From: Endomicrobiaceae bacterium
Lineage (GTDB): Bacteria > Elusimicrobiota > Endomicrobiia > Endomicrobiales > Endomicrobiaceae
Assembly (NCBI GenBank): GCA_045223915.1
Contig: JBGUZU010000033.1
Location: forward strand, 45,660-109,659
DNA: 64,000 nucleotides
Direction: 5' to 3'
Shown here: in pieces, positions 46,282 to 55,548 of the stretch
How positions within the stretch are numbered: position 1 is the first letter of the stretch
Layout of the letters: each line of letters opens with the position of its first letter
The notes under the pieces: generated by a model
What the model was told of the DNA's origin: nothing
Seen by the model: only the letters and a program-made list of their open reading frames with translations
Databases searched by the model: none
Made by a program: the position numbers and the translations under genes

Positions 46282-48384
46282 TTACATATTTGCTACTTTT
46301 CTTATTTTGAATTCTTCTTGTTTGCCGTCATTCCATTGTGATACAGGTCTTAAATAACCTACAACTCTGGAATATACTTCGCATGTTGATCCGCAATGAG
46401 GACAAGTTTTTACTTCACCGTTAAGGTATCCGTCATTAGGACAAACACTGAATGTCGGAGTGATAGACATATACGGCAACTTGTAGTTTGTAAATGCTTT
46501 TTTAATAAAGTTCTTCATAGATTCGGTATTTGTAATTTGTTCACCGATAAACATATGTTGAACTGTTCCGCCGGTATATAAAGATTGTATTTCATGTTGC
46601 AATTCCAAAACTTCGAACAAATCATCTGTGTAATTTACAGGCAACTGTGTTGAGTTTGTATAGAAAGGCGGATGATTTTGTTTAACTGCTTCAGGATTTG
46701 CAAATATAATGTCGGAATATTTTTTTCTGTCAATCTTTGCAAGTCTGTAAGAAGTACCTTCTGCAGGTGTTGCTTCCAAATTATAAATGTTTCCTGTTTC
46801 TTCCTGATATTTTTGTAAAGTGTTTCTCATGAATGTTAAAACTTTTATTGCAAAATCTTTACCTTTTTGACTTGCAATGTTTTCTTTCAAGAAATTCATG
46901 CAGCATTCGTTCATACCTACAACACCGATAGTTGAGAAATGGTTTTTCCAATAGCAACCGAATCTCTGTTTAATGTTCCTTAAATAGAAACTCATATACG
47001 GATAAAGGTTTTGGTCTGTAAGTTTTTCCAAAACTTTTCTCTTTGTTTCCAAACTGTTTTTAGCTATTGTCATTAATTTGTCGAGTTTTTGGAAGAATTC
47101 TTCTTCAGTTTTAGATTCATATCCGAGTCTTGGCATATTTAATGTAACAACACCGATAGAACCTGTTAAAGGAGATGCACCGAAAAGTCCGCCGCCTCTT
47201 CTTCTTAATTCTCTGTTATCGATTCTTAATCTGCAGCACATACTTCTTGCATCGTCCGGATCCATATCGGAATTGATGAAGTTTGCAAAGTAAGGAATAC
47301 CGTATTTTGCAGTTGCATCCCACAACAATTTAAGTTCAGGATTATCCCAATCAAAATCTTTGCTTATGTTGTATGTAGGGATAGGGAAACTGAATACTCT
47401 GCCTTTTGCATCACCTTCGAGCATAACTTCCAAAAATGCTTTGTTTAACATATCCATTTCTTTTTGGAAATCGCCGTAAGTTTTAGCTTGAGGTTTTCCG
47501 CCGATAATTACTGCTTCGTCTTTATAATGTTTAGGAACTTTTAAGTCGAGTGTTAAGTTTGTGAACGGTGACTGGAAACCTACTCTTGTAGGAACATTTA
47601 AGTTGAACAAGAATTCCTGTAATGCTTGTTTAACTTCTTTATAAGATAAATTGTCGTATGCGATAAAAGGTGCAAGCAATGTATCGAAACTTGAAAAAGC
47701 TTGAGCACCTGCTGCTTCACCCTGTAATGTAAAGAAGAAGTTAATTATTTGTCCCAATGCTGTTTTAAAATGTTTTGCAGGACGGGACTCAACTTTACCT
47801 GCAACACCTTTAAAACCGGTAACCAACAAATCGTGCAAATCCCAACCTACACAATATACACCTAAAATTCCCAAATCGTGTATATGTAAATCGCCTTCGC
47901 TGTGAGCTTTTCTTATATCTTCCGTATAAATTTTGTTTAACCAATATGCTTTACTTACTTCGGATGATATATAGTTGTTTAAACCTTGAAGAGAATAACA
48001 CATGTTACTGTTTTCTTTTACCTGCCAATCTGCTTTAGACAAATATTGATCAACCAAATCCACGTTAAACTTTGAAACGATTTCTCTCATTTTTGAGTGT
48101 TGATCTCTGTATATAATGTAAGCCTTTGCTGAAGATTTATAAGGAGAATTTAATAATACTTCTTCAACGATATCCTGTATTTGTTCTACGGTAGGATGTC
48201 CGTCCGTAATGGTTTCTTGTGCGATACTTAAAACTTTTACCGTTAATTTCGAAGCGATTTTGTCGTCGAATTCATTTGTTGCCTGACCTGCTTTTAAAAT
48301 TGCCTGTTGAATTTTTTGCGAGTTGAATTTTTCTTGTTTGCCGTCTCTCTTTACGATACAATCAAAAACCGAAAGTTGTTCCAT
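46282..48384 (-). CDS. nrdD: anaerobic ribonucleoside-triphosphate reductase (class III)
   Basis: N-terminal ATP-cone. C-terminal Zn ribbon CPHCGS...C and glycyl-radical region SRVVGYLRPV. Confidence 0.9.
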   Translation of the reverse strand: MEQLSVFDCIVKRDGKQEKFNSQKIQQAILKAGQATNEFDDKIASKLTVKVLSIAQETITDGHPTVEQIQDIVEEVLLNSPYKSSAKAYIIYRDQHSKMREIVSKFNVDLVDQYLSKADWQVKENSNMCYSLQGLNNYISSEVSKAYWLNKIYTEDIRKAHSEGDLHIHDLGILGVYCVGWDLHDLLVTGFKGVAGKVESRPAKHFKTALGQIINFFFTLQGEAAGAQAFSSFDTLLAPFIAYDNLSYKEVKQALQEFLFNLNVPTRVGFQSPFTNLTLDLKVPKHYKDEAVIIGGKPQAKTYGDFQKEMDMLNKAFLEVMLEGDAKGRVFSFPIPTYNISKDFDWDNPELKLLWDATAKYGIPYFANFINSDMDPDDARSMCCRLRIDNRELRRRGGGLFGASPLTGSIGVVTLNMPRLGYESKTEEEFFQKLDKLMTIAKNSLETKRKVLEKLTDQNLYPYMSFYLRNIKQRFGCYWKNHFSTIGVVGMNECCMNFLKENIASQKGKDFAIKVLTFMRNTLQKYQEETGNIYNLEATPAEGTSYRLAKIDRKKYSDIIFANPEAVKQNHPPFYTNSTQLPVNYTDDLFEVLELQHEIQSLYTGGTVQHMFIGEQITNTESMKNFIKKAFTNYKLPYMSITPTFSVCPNDGYLNGEVKTCPHCGSTCEVYSRVVGYLRPVSQWNDGKQEEFKIRKVANM

Positions 48385-48499
48385 TTACATTTTCTCCTTG
48401 TTTTTTAAATTTTTATTTTAATACTTCTGTTAATTTTGAACATAATTATGGAAAGGCACCCTGGTTTCTTGTTTCCATTCGAATTATAAAAAGTCATTC

Positions 48500-48690
48500 C
48501 TCGACAACTCTTATAAATATTATGTATTTGCTGGCAGGTCTTCTGGCTTAAGGGTAATAACCTACTAAACTTTATCTTCCCACTTGAATTAAGCAGTGAC
48601 TTTGTTTCAAAAAGTTTTTCGTTCCCTATCACAGCACCGGGAGTGCTTCCGATTCTAACGGAATTTCCTATTAAGTTTTATGTGAAAACA
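48500..48690 (-). promoter_or_regulatory. cobalamin (B12) riboswitch in the nrdD leader
   Basis: The minus strand reads AATAGGAAATTCCGTTAGAATCGGAAGCAC..CCGGTGCTGTGATAGGGAACGAAA...GTCACTG...GTGGGAAG...TTAAGCCAGAAGACCTGCCAGC. This gives the conserved core, the GCCACTG-like element and a B12 box (AGCCAGAAGACCTGCC). Boundaries are approximate. Confidence 0.8.
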
Positions 48691-48720
48691 CCAACAAAAG
48701 ATTTCAAAAATTATAGCTTG

Positions 48721-48749
48721 ATTATATGTTTTAATTTATGGCTTGTCAA
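48721..48749 (-). promoter_or_regulatory. sigma70-type promoter TTGACA-17 nt-TATAAT for nrdD
   Basis: On the minus strand, the -35 element is at 48749..48744 and the -10 at 48726..48721. Both are consensus hexamers with a 17-nt spacer. Confidence 0.6.
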
Positions 48750-48756
48750 TACCTAA

Positions 48757-48774
48757 AACACAATATATTGTTTT
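48757..48774. promoter_or_regulatory. NrdR box 1 (AACACAATATATTGTTTT)
   Basis: The 16-mer core ACACAATATATTGTTT matches the NrdR consensus acaCwAtATaTwGtgt at 15/16 positions by hand. Confidence 0.65.
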
Positions 48775-48788
48775 TTCATATAGGTTTT

Positions 48789-48806
48789 ACAACTATATAT
48801 AGTGGT
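48789..48806. promoter_or_regulatory. NrdR box 2 (ACAACTATATATAGTGGT)
   Basis: 18-bp near-palindrome. Its centre is 32 bp from the centre of box 1, the usual tandem NrdR-box phasing. Confidence 0.6.
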
Positions 48807-48858
48807 TTTTGGCATATAATTAAAATTAGTAGTTATTGAAAAAACAAGAAAAGATAAA

Positions 48859-49983
48859 TTAATTTGAACTTTTTACCAAATTAAATTTTACTATCTCGGA
48901 TTTTGAAAAAAGTCTCATCGGCGGGCCCCACCATCTTGTACCTGTGGTTACATAAATGTAAGAATCACTGTCTTTATATAGTCCGCAGAAATATTTGTAT
49001 AAGAAGTACTCGATGATATCAAAAGGCGGAATTTGTCCTGCATGAGTATGACCGGAAAGTTGTATCGTTATGGGATATTTTTGGCTCTCAAAAAACGGGT
49101 TAGGTTGATGAGATAAAAATATTACCGGTTTACTAAAATCTATATTTTCTAAAGATTTCGCAACATTTAGAGGTTTATAATTAAACACTATTGATGTTTT
49201 ATCTGTGATACCTGCAACATAAAATTTGTCGTCTACCAAAATATTTTCATTATTTAAAAGCTTAAATCCTATCTTATCACAAACATATTCATAATTAGTT
49301 ATACCTCTGTAATATTCGTGATTACCGCTGACGGCAAAAGTTCCATATTTAGACTTAAAATTCAATAAACCATATTTGTCATAAGTTTTTGTTATATTTG
49401 TATCTGCCAAATCTCCGACAAAAGCAATAATGTCAGGATTTAAAGAATTTGTTATTTCTACTATTCTTTTAACAGTGTCATATTTTGTTGTCACATCTAT
49501 ATGAATGTCCGATAACTGAACAATTGTAAGTTTATCTACAGGTAAGTTGGGAACTTTTATCTCGTATTCCCTGACTTTTGGATCGCCGCAAGTGTTAATT
49601 ATGGAATAAACCGAAGAAATAACAATTAAAATTACGGTTATTAATGTTGTGTTATATCTGAATTTCGGAGTATGTCCGAAGATAAATACTAAATGAGATA
49701 TCAACAAATATGTAAGAGATATAGAAAATATTCCAAGCCAAATATATCCTACTTCCGTTAGAATTTTTGCTGACAGTGTGGGACTGTTAAATCTCGATAT
49801 TTTAAAAGAATATACACTTAAAAAAGTTATAGCAAGATAAAAAGTTATAAATATTGTAAGAGCAAGCCCGTGAAGTTTCAGATCGTGCATCACTCTGTAA
49901 ACAATATAAGCATTTCCCAATATATAAATGGATAGAAAAACTATAAAAAACACTATTCTTAGTCCTTTTTCTTTAATAGACAT
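48859..49983 (-). CDS. membrane-anchored calcineurin-like metallophosphoesterase
   Basis: N-terminal TM segments, then motifs QLSDIHID, GDLAD, GNHE and SGHTH. The start is probably MSIKEK at 49983. Confidence 0.8.
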   Translation of the reverse strand: MSIKEKGLRIVFFIVFLSIYILGNAYIVYRVMHDLKLHGLALTIFITFYLAITFLSVYSFKISRFNSPTLSAKILTEVGYIWLGIFSISLTYLLISHLVFIFGHTPKFRYNTTLITVILIVISSVYSIINTCGDPKVREYEIKVPNLPVDKLTIVQLSDIHIDVTTKYDTVKRIVEITNSLNPDIIAFVGDLADTNITKTYDKYGLLNFKSKYGTFAVSGNHEYYRGITNYEYVCDKIGFKLLNNENILVDDKFYVAGITDKTSIVFNYKPLNVAKSLENIDFSKPVIFLSHQPNPFFESQKYPITIQLSGHTHAGQIPPFDIIEYFLYKYFCGLYKDSDSYIYVTTGTRWWGPPMRLFSKSEIVKFNLVKSSN

Positions 49984-50483
49984 TGTCTTGCTTTTAGTAT
50001 AAATTCCGTTGCTGTAGGACACAAATAATCGGGGTATGTCCAAGGAAGTTTTGTGAATCCTTCTTTTCTGTATATTGTTGTAACTTCGGCATAAATACCT
50101 TTAGATAAATATATTCTGTGACTGAAATCTTTTGTTGAAGCAAGAATAACATTTGCCGGTGTTATATATCCCGGATCAATATTTACGATTCTGTTTTTAT
50201 CTTTGGCATAAGAATCTTCAATATTGTTTGTTTCTATCTTCATATCTGCCAAAGCATCGGGCAATATAGGCTTTTCAAAAGAAATCCATTGCCTTTTTAA
50301 CTTTTCACCCATTTCTTTGTTGTAATAAGTTGTAAAAGTAAAATCTATAGCAGGACTGTAAATATCTATTTTGTTATTAAACTTCTGTTCCAATATTTTA
50401 TAAACTTCCTCGATATTAAAAGTTTCGTTAAAAATTAAACCGAAGAAAAACTTTACTAAATTTGGTTGATTAATGTTTCCCAT
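49959..50483 (-). CDS. conserved hypothetical protein (possibly DUF4416 family)
   Basis: 174-aa ORF whose stop overlaps the next gene's start. The family assignment is from memory of the N-terminal P..VK.FFG.I pattern only. Confidence 0.4.
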   Translation of the reverse strand: MGNINQPNLVKFFFGLIFNETFNIEEVYKILEQKFNNKIDIYSPAIDFTFTTYYNKEMGEKLKRQWISFEKPILPDALADMKIETNNIEDSYAKDKNRIVNIDPGYITPANVILASTKDFSHRIYLSKGIYAEVTTIYRKEGFTKLPWTYPDYLCPTATEFILKARQCLLKKKD

Positions 50484-50577
50484 AATGGAACTATTTTACC
50501 AAAATTTAAGTCCAAAATTAAACTTTTTTATAAAAAAATAATATAATTAAACATATTTACTACAAAGGAGATTGCCA

Positions 50578-51528
50578 ATGTTAAAACCAAAAGTTTCAAT
50601 CATCGGTTGCGGTAATGTAGGTATAAGATATGCATATTCTTTAATGATTAACGGATGTGCAAGAGAAATAACACTTGTTGATTATTTTAAAGATAAAGCG
50701 GAAGGTGAGGCAATAGACTTGTCGCACGGTGCGCCTTTTACTCCTGCGGTAACGGTAAATGCAGGTGATTATTCCGGTATAAAAGATTCCGATTTGGTTG
50801 TAATAACCGCAGGTAAAAAACAAAAACCCGGACAAACAAGAATAGATTTGTTGAAAGATAATATAAATTTGTTTAAATCTATAATTCCCGAAATTATGAA
50901 ATATGCTCCGGATGCAATTCTTTTGATAGCATCCAATCCTGTAGATGTTTTAACTTATGCGGCTTATAAGATTTCAGGTAAACCCGCATCAAAAGTTATA
51001 GGTTCGGGAACATTGCTTGATTCGGCAAGATTCAGATATGAAATAGCTAAACATTGTAATGTAGATGCAAGAAGTGTACACGGTTATATTTTAGGTGAAC
51101 ACGGAGATAGTGAGTTTCCTGTATGGAGCAAAGCAACAGTAGGCGGAGTAAACATAGAAAATCATTGTATGTTATGCGACAAAAAACAAAATTGTGACCA
51201 CAAAGCCATACTTAACGAAATTTTCAGTAATGTAAAAAATTCGGCATATAAGATAATAGAGAAAAAAGGTGAAACTTCTTACGGAATAGGTCTTGCACTT
51301 ACAAGAATTACAGAGGCAATTTTACTTAACGAAAATTCAGTATTGCCTGTATCCGTATTGGTAAAAAATTTGTATAACGTTAACGATGTATATTTAAGTT
51401 TACCGGCGGTGGTTAACAGAGATGGTATCAGACAAGTTCAACAAATAGAATTTAATGAAAAAGAAGAAAAATCTTTTGTTAATTCCGCAACGGTATTAAA
51501 AGATTTGTTAAAAGAAATAGGAATATAA
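50578..51528 (+). CDS. ldh: L-lactate dehydrogenase
   Basis: VSIIGCGNVG NAD fold, ITAGKKQKPGQTR, GEHGDSE. The ATG at 50578 lies 7 nt after AAGGAG. Malate dehydrogenase is not fully excluded. Confidence 0.8.
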   Translation: MLKPKVSIIGCGNVGIRYAYSLMINGCAREITLVDYFKDKAEGEAIDLSHGAPFTPAVTVNAGDYSGIKDSDLVVITAGKKQKPGQTRIDLLKDNINLFKSIIPEIMKYAPDAILLIASNPVDVLTYAAYKISGKPASKVIGSGTLLDSARFRYEIAKHCNVDARSVHGYILGEHGDSEFPVWSKATVGGVNIENHCMLCDKKQNCDHKAILNEIFSNVKNSAYKIIEKKGETSYGIGLALTRITEAILLNENSVLPVSVLVKNLYNVNDVYLSLPAVVNRDGIRQVQQIEFNEKEEKSFVNSATVLKDLLKEIGI

Positions 51529-51535
51529 ACGGCGG

Positions 51536-51559
51536 AAGACTGGAAGATTGGAAGATTGG
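51536..51559 (+). repeat. 3-unit period-8 array GAAGACTG GAAGATTG GAAGATTG
   Basis: Read directly in the ldh-SIMPL spacer. Confidence 0.65.
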
Positions 51560-51644
51560 CAACGACAACTACAAATGACAATAACTAAACGACGGATGAT
51601 TAGAAAGAAAAAAATATTAAATATAATTAAACAAGGAGAAGGAA

Positions 51645-52343
51645 ATGAACGGTAAGACAGCATCGATTTTGGCTATAGGAATTATTATTGCAGCATTTGT
51701 TTGGGGTGCATTTTTTATTTCAGCAAGAAACGAACAATCTATCAGAGTTGTTGGTCAAGGTGTAAAAACGGTAACTTCGGATCTCATAAAATGGAACATT
51801 ACAATAAACAGGGATACAAATGTTGCCTCAAAAAGCGAAGGCCCATCTTGGATACAGGAAGATTTAAATAAAATAAAAAAATATTTGGCAAGTAACGGTA
51901 TAGAAGAAAAAGATATTTTGGTTGACCCTGTAAGCTCTTATGCAAATTATGGTAATAATGGTGTTACCGGATATTCTTTCAGTCAAAGAATAGAAGTAAA
52001 ATCTGGCGATATAGAAAAAATTGAAAAGCTTGCACTCGATAACAAAGCTCTTGCAAAACAAGACATATATTTACAATATTCCGATTTGGAATATTTTGTT
52101 TCCAATCTTGCCGAATTAAAAGCTGAAATGTTGGCACTTGCAACGGTTGATGCAAAAGCAAGAGCAGAAGAAATTGCAAAAAGTTCGGGAAATAAAATTT
52201 GCGGACTTTTATCGGCAAAAACCGGTGTATTCCAAATAAGAAAACCGTTATCAATGGATATTTCCGATTACGGTATATACAATACTTCTTCCAAAGAAAA
52301 AGAAATAGCTGTTACTGTAAATGCAACATTTAAGATTAAGTAA
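51645..52343 (+). CDS. SIMPL (DUF541) domain protein
   Basis: N-terminal TM. I.V.G.G pattern and A..DAKARAEEIAK..G helix typical of SIMPL / 26-kDa periplasmic immunogenic proteins. Confidence 0.6.
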   Translation: MNGKTASILAIGIIIAAFVWGAFFISARNEQSIRVVGQGVKTVTSDLIKWNITINRDTNVASKSEGPSWIQEDLNKIKKYLASNGIEEKDILVDPVSSYANYGNNGVTGYSFSQRIEVKSGDIEKIEKLALDNKALAKQDIYLQYSDLEYFVSNLAELKAEMLALATVDAKARAEEIAKSSGNKICGLLSAKTGVFQIRKPLSMDISDYGIYNTSSKEKEIAVTVNATFKIK

Positions 52344-52360
52344 TAATTTATAAAAATAAA

Positions 52361-52393
52361 AAACAGGGGATTTTGTTATCCCCTGTTTTTTTA
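52361..52393. terminator. rho-independent terminator ACAGGGGA-TTTTGTTA-TCCCCTGT + T-run
   Basis: Perfect 8-bp GC-rich stem followed by TTTTTT, between convergent genes. An A-run on the other side could serve the minus strand. Confidence 0.85.
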
Positions 52394-52408
52394 TGGTTTT
52401 ATTTATTG

Positions 52409-52648
52409 TTAAATTTTGCTTTGAATTAATTTAACCATATCACCGATGGTTTTTAGAACAACAATTTCACCTACCGCAATATGAATATTAAAATGCTTTT
52501 CTATTTCTTCTATGATATTTATGTGCGCCAAAGAATCCCAACCTTGAATGTCGGATGTTTCCATATCTTCGGATATTGTTAAATCATCTTCTTCCAATAC
52601 GGTTTTAAAAATTTGTTCCAACTCTTTTATTATTTGTTCTTTTTCCAT
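52409..52648 (-). CDS. acyl/peptidyl carrier protein (DltC-like)
   Basis: 79 aa with the phosphopantetheine-site motif GWDSLAHINII. Confidence 0.8.
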   Translation of the reverse strand: MEKEQIIKELEQIFKTVLEEDDLTISEDMETSDIQGWDSLAHINIIEEIEKHFNIHIAVGEIVVLKTIGDMVKLIQSKI

Positions 52649-52649
52649 T

Positions 52650-54452
52650 TTATTCTCCGTACATATTATCTATTAGCTTTTTATATTTGTTATAAACTTT
52701 AGTTCGGACAATAGTATATTTTCTTGTCATTAAACCATTTTCAATAGTGAAAGGTTCATCTATAAAAACAATATCTTTTATTTGTTCTATCCATCTAAAA
52801 AACTTGTCTTTTCCTATTAAATTGTTAATTTCTATAATAATATCTTTTTTTAATATCTCTTTTCCGTTTTGTGTGGTAATATCAATATCTTTGTTTTTTG
52901 CCCAGTCGTTTATGTAATCAAAATTCGGTACAATAACAGCAGTAAGATATGGTTTATCTTGCCCAAAGATAACAATTTGTTGAACAAAAGCAGACCTATT
53001 GCAAATTTGTTCTATTTTAACACTATCGATATTTTCACCGTTGTTAAGAACAATTATATTTTTGTGCCTTCCCATAAAATATAAAAATCCGTCTTCGCTT
53101 ATATATCCCAAATCTCCCGTTATAAGGTATCCTTGAGGATCAAATGCTTTTTTTGTTTCTTCTTCGTTGTTATAATATCCTTTCATTATTTGCTTGCCTT
53201 TAACTTTAATTAAACCTTTTTGATTAAAGCTGAGCTTTTTACCTGTTTCTAAATCGGAAATTATAACATCCATATTGGGATTTGTTTTTCCAACGGAATA
53301 AGCTTTTTTGTAGTCTTGCGAAGCACATGCTATGCAAACACAAGATTCCGTAAGACCATAAGATAACATTAATTGAAGTCCCATTGTACTTATAATATTT
53401 TCTATATTTTTATCTGTAAAAGCGCCGAAAGAAATAACAAAGCTGTTGGGATTTATAAATTTGTTTACAATTTTTTTTATAAAACAGTTATAACAAATAA
53501 AATTGCACATTGATAAAACTATTGAGGTAATTTTAATTATTACATTACTGCTATATTTAAATTTCACCTTATAGTGTGTCAGAGAGATATAAAAAGCAGC
53601 TTTGTTTAGTAGTTGAGAAAGTTTAGATGTTTTCAAAACTTCTTTTTTATACTCTTCACTAATCATAGTTAAAATTTTAGGAACACAAATAAGATATTGT
53701 GGTTTATATTTTCGGATAACTTTCAAATATTTTGTGTAGTTGGTATAAATTATTGTATTACCATTTAATAAAAGAGCCCATTCCGTAAGTCTTGGTGCAA
53801 TGTGAGAAGAAGAAAGAATACTCACACAAGTTTGTTTTCTTATTGTTCCCAAAGAAGCTCTGTGATCATAACAAGATAAAAGCAAGTTTTGATGTGTGAA
53901 CATTGCTCCTTTAGATTTACCACTTGTACCGGAAGAAAACATTATTGATACTACTGTATCCGGTAAATAACTTTGTTTTTCGAACGGTTCGTATTTAGTT
54001 TTATCTATTTCTTCTATAAGACTATAAAACTTGTTGTTTGATTTGTAAATGTTTATATCCGATGTGCCGGTATAAAAAATATAGATTTGATCGTTTTCTT
54101 TATTTAAATCTTCCACCAATTTTATGTTGTCCGTAAATAAAACTTTAATCTGCATAGTTTCAATAAGGTTTTTTATTTCCGGCAATCCTGAAGTTGGATC
54201 GGCTAAAACAGATACAAGATTATTTTTCATTATTGATTGATCTATTACATGCCATAACGGGTGCGGATTTAGGTAAAGTAAAATATTACAGTTTTTTTTG
54301 AGATTTAAATTTCCAATTATTTGTGCGGTTTTATTTATTGTTTCATATAGTTCGGTAAAAGATAAACAATAACCGGTAGATTCATCTTTTAATGCAATTT
54401 TTGAGCCATATGTATCGGCTAAGTTTCCCCAAATTTCAACTATTGAGTTCAT
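52650..54452 (-). CDS. AMP-dependent synthetase/ligase, long-chain-acyl type (600 aa)
   Basis: Adenylation core motifs FSSGTSGKSKG, SYGLTES, TGDLGYI and GRHKNII. Its length and insertions resemble FadD/FACL enzymes rather than the ~500-aa DltA. Confidence 0.8.
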   Translation of the reverse strand: MNSIVEIWGNLADTYGSKIALKDESTGYCLSFTELYETINKTAQIIGNLNLKKNCNILLYLNPHPLWHVIDQSIMKNNLVSVLADPTSGLPEIKNLIETMQIKVLFTDNIKLVEDLNKENDQIYIFYTGTSDINIYKSNNKFYSLIEEIDKTKYEPFEKQSYLPDTVVSIMFSSGTSGKSKGAMFTHQNLLLSCYDHRASLGTIRKQTCVSILSSSHIAPRLTEWALLLNGNTIIYTNYTKYLKVIRKYKPQYLICVPKILTMISEEYKKEVLKTSKLSQLLNKAAFYISLTHYKVKFKYSSNVIIKITSIVLSMCNFICYNCFIKKIVNKFINPNSFVISFGAFTDKNIENIISTMGLQLMLSYGLTESCVCIACASQDYKKAYSVGKTNPNMDVIISDLETGKKLSFNQKGLIKVKGKQIMKGYYNNEEETKKAFDPQGYLITGDLGYISEDGFLYFMGRHKNIIVLNNGENIDSVKIEQICNRSAFVQQIVIFGQDKPYLTAVIVPNFDYINDWAKNKDIDITTQNGKEILKKDIIIEINNLIGKDKFFRWIEQIKDIVFIDEPFTIENGLMTRKYTIVRTKVYNKYKKLIDNMYGE

Positions 54453-55537
54453 TTGGTATCCTTAATAGAAACGTCTATATCAAATTTTTCTTTTATAGTT
54501 TTGCTATATTCTTTTGCGGCATCATTCCAAAAAGAATAATCGGGATTGTTTCTCTTATCTTCTAAATGATACTTTTCTACAAGTATTTTAGCAATATAAT
54601 TTGTGTATTTTTCCGATCCCCAATAATTTAAGTGAGAAGCATCGTAAGTATCTTGATAAGATAATTTTAAATCTTTTATTGTGTAATAATCGTTGGGATT
54701 AATGTAATCAAAATTGTTTTCTTTAACAAAAGAAAAAAACATATTGTATAAATCATATATTTTAAGGTATGGTTTTACAAAGGAAACAGGATGTGGTACT
54801 CCTATGAATATTACCGGTATATCCAATTTTTTACAATAATCGAATAAATCTTCAAGACTTTCTTTTGTATAAATTTCTTTTTCGACAGAATATTTATCTA
54901 TTTTTGTTTTTCTTATGTTAAATGAAGCACTAATTTTGTTGAAAAAATGTTTATATCGAGATGCTAAATACATTTTTCTGTTAGAATTTATTATGCCGGC
55001 AATTGATATTTTATGTGAGGAAGTTATTGGAAATAAAAAATGAATAATTTCCTTTGTGTTGAGTTGATAAAAACCAATAATTTTTTTTAAAAAATCAATT
55101 TTATTTAGTGACCATTTGAGTTCAGGAACAACATCAAATGACAAATTACTTATACCGGTGTAAGCATTATTTCTAAAATCTCCCTTATTAAGAAATAAAA
55201 AACAGTCCGCATTAATAAGTATTACCTTAGGTTTTTGCCTTTTTAGACATTCAATAAGCATATTTTTAACAACCGGGCCCGCCAAATATCCAAAAGAACA
55301 GTTTAGTGTTGTGATTCCGTATCTGTCCCATGCTACAAAGGAATTATAAGCATATCTGGAAGTTGAAGGTCCTACGATAACGACATCAACACTGTTTGGC
55401 TTTAAATTGTATACATTCCAAACAATATTTGCGGCAGAGTCGGTAGTTGTTTTAGATACCAACTGCGACAAAAGAAAAGCAATTATAATCGTAAGTACTA
55501 AAAGAATTAAAGAATTAATAAGAATTTTAAATTTCAC
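54449..55537 (-). CDS. DltD/SGNH-like membrane-anchored protein
   Basis: N-terminal TM. VVIVGPSTS block-I-like patch and C-terminal DASHLNYWG (DxxH). The position between the MBOAT and the ligase matches DltD/AlgJ-type partners. Confidence 0.55.
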   Translation of the reverse strand: MKFKILINSLILLVLTIIIAFLLSQLVSKTTTDSAANIVWNVYNLKPNSVDVVIVGPSTSRYAYNSFVAWDRYGITTLNCSFGYLAGPVVKNMLIECLKRQKPKVILINADCFLFLNKGDFRNNAYTGISNLSFDVVPELKWSLNKIDFLKKIIGFYQLNTKEIIHFLFPITSSHKISIAGIINSNRKMYLASRYKHFFNKISASFNIRKTKIDKYSVEKEIYTKESLEDLFDYCKKLDIPVIFIGVPHPVSFVKPYLKIYDLYNMFFSFVKENNFDYINPNDYYTIKDLKLSYQDTYDASHLNYWGSEKYTNYIAKILVEKYHLEDKRNNPDYSFWNDAAKEYSKTIKEKFDIDVSIKDTK

Positions 55538-55548
55538 AAAAATATCCT

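Noticed and set aside
48405-48632. 75-aa ORF on the minus strand upstream of nrdD
   Set aside because: It lies entirely within the cobalamin riboswitch and leader and has no RBS. The open frame is a by-product of the structured RNA sequence.
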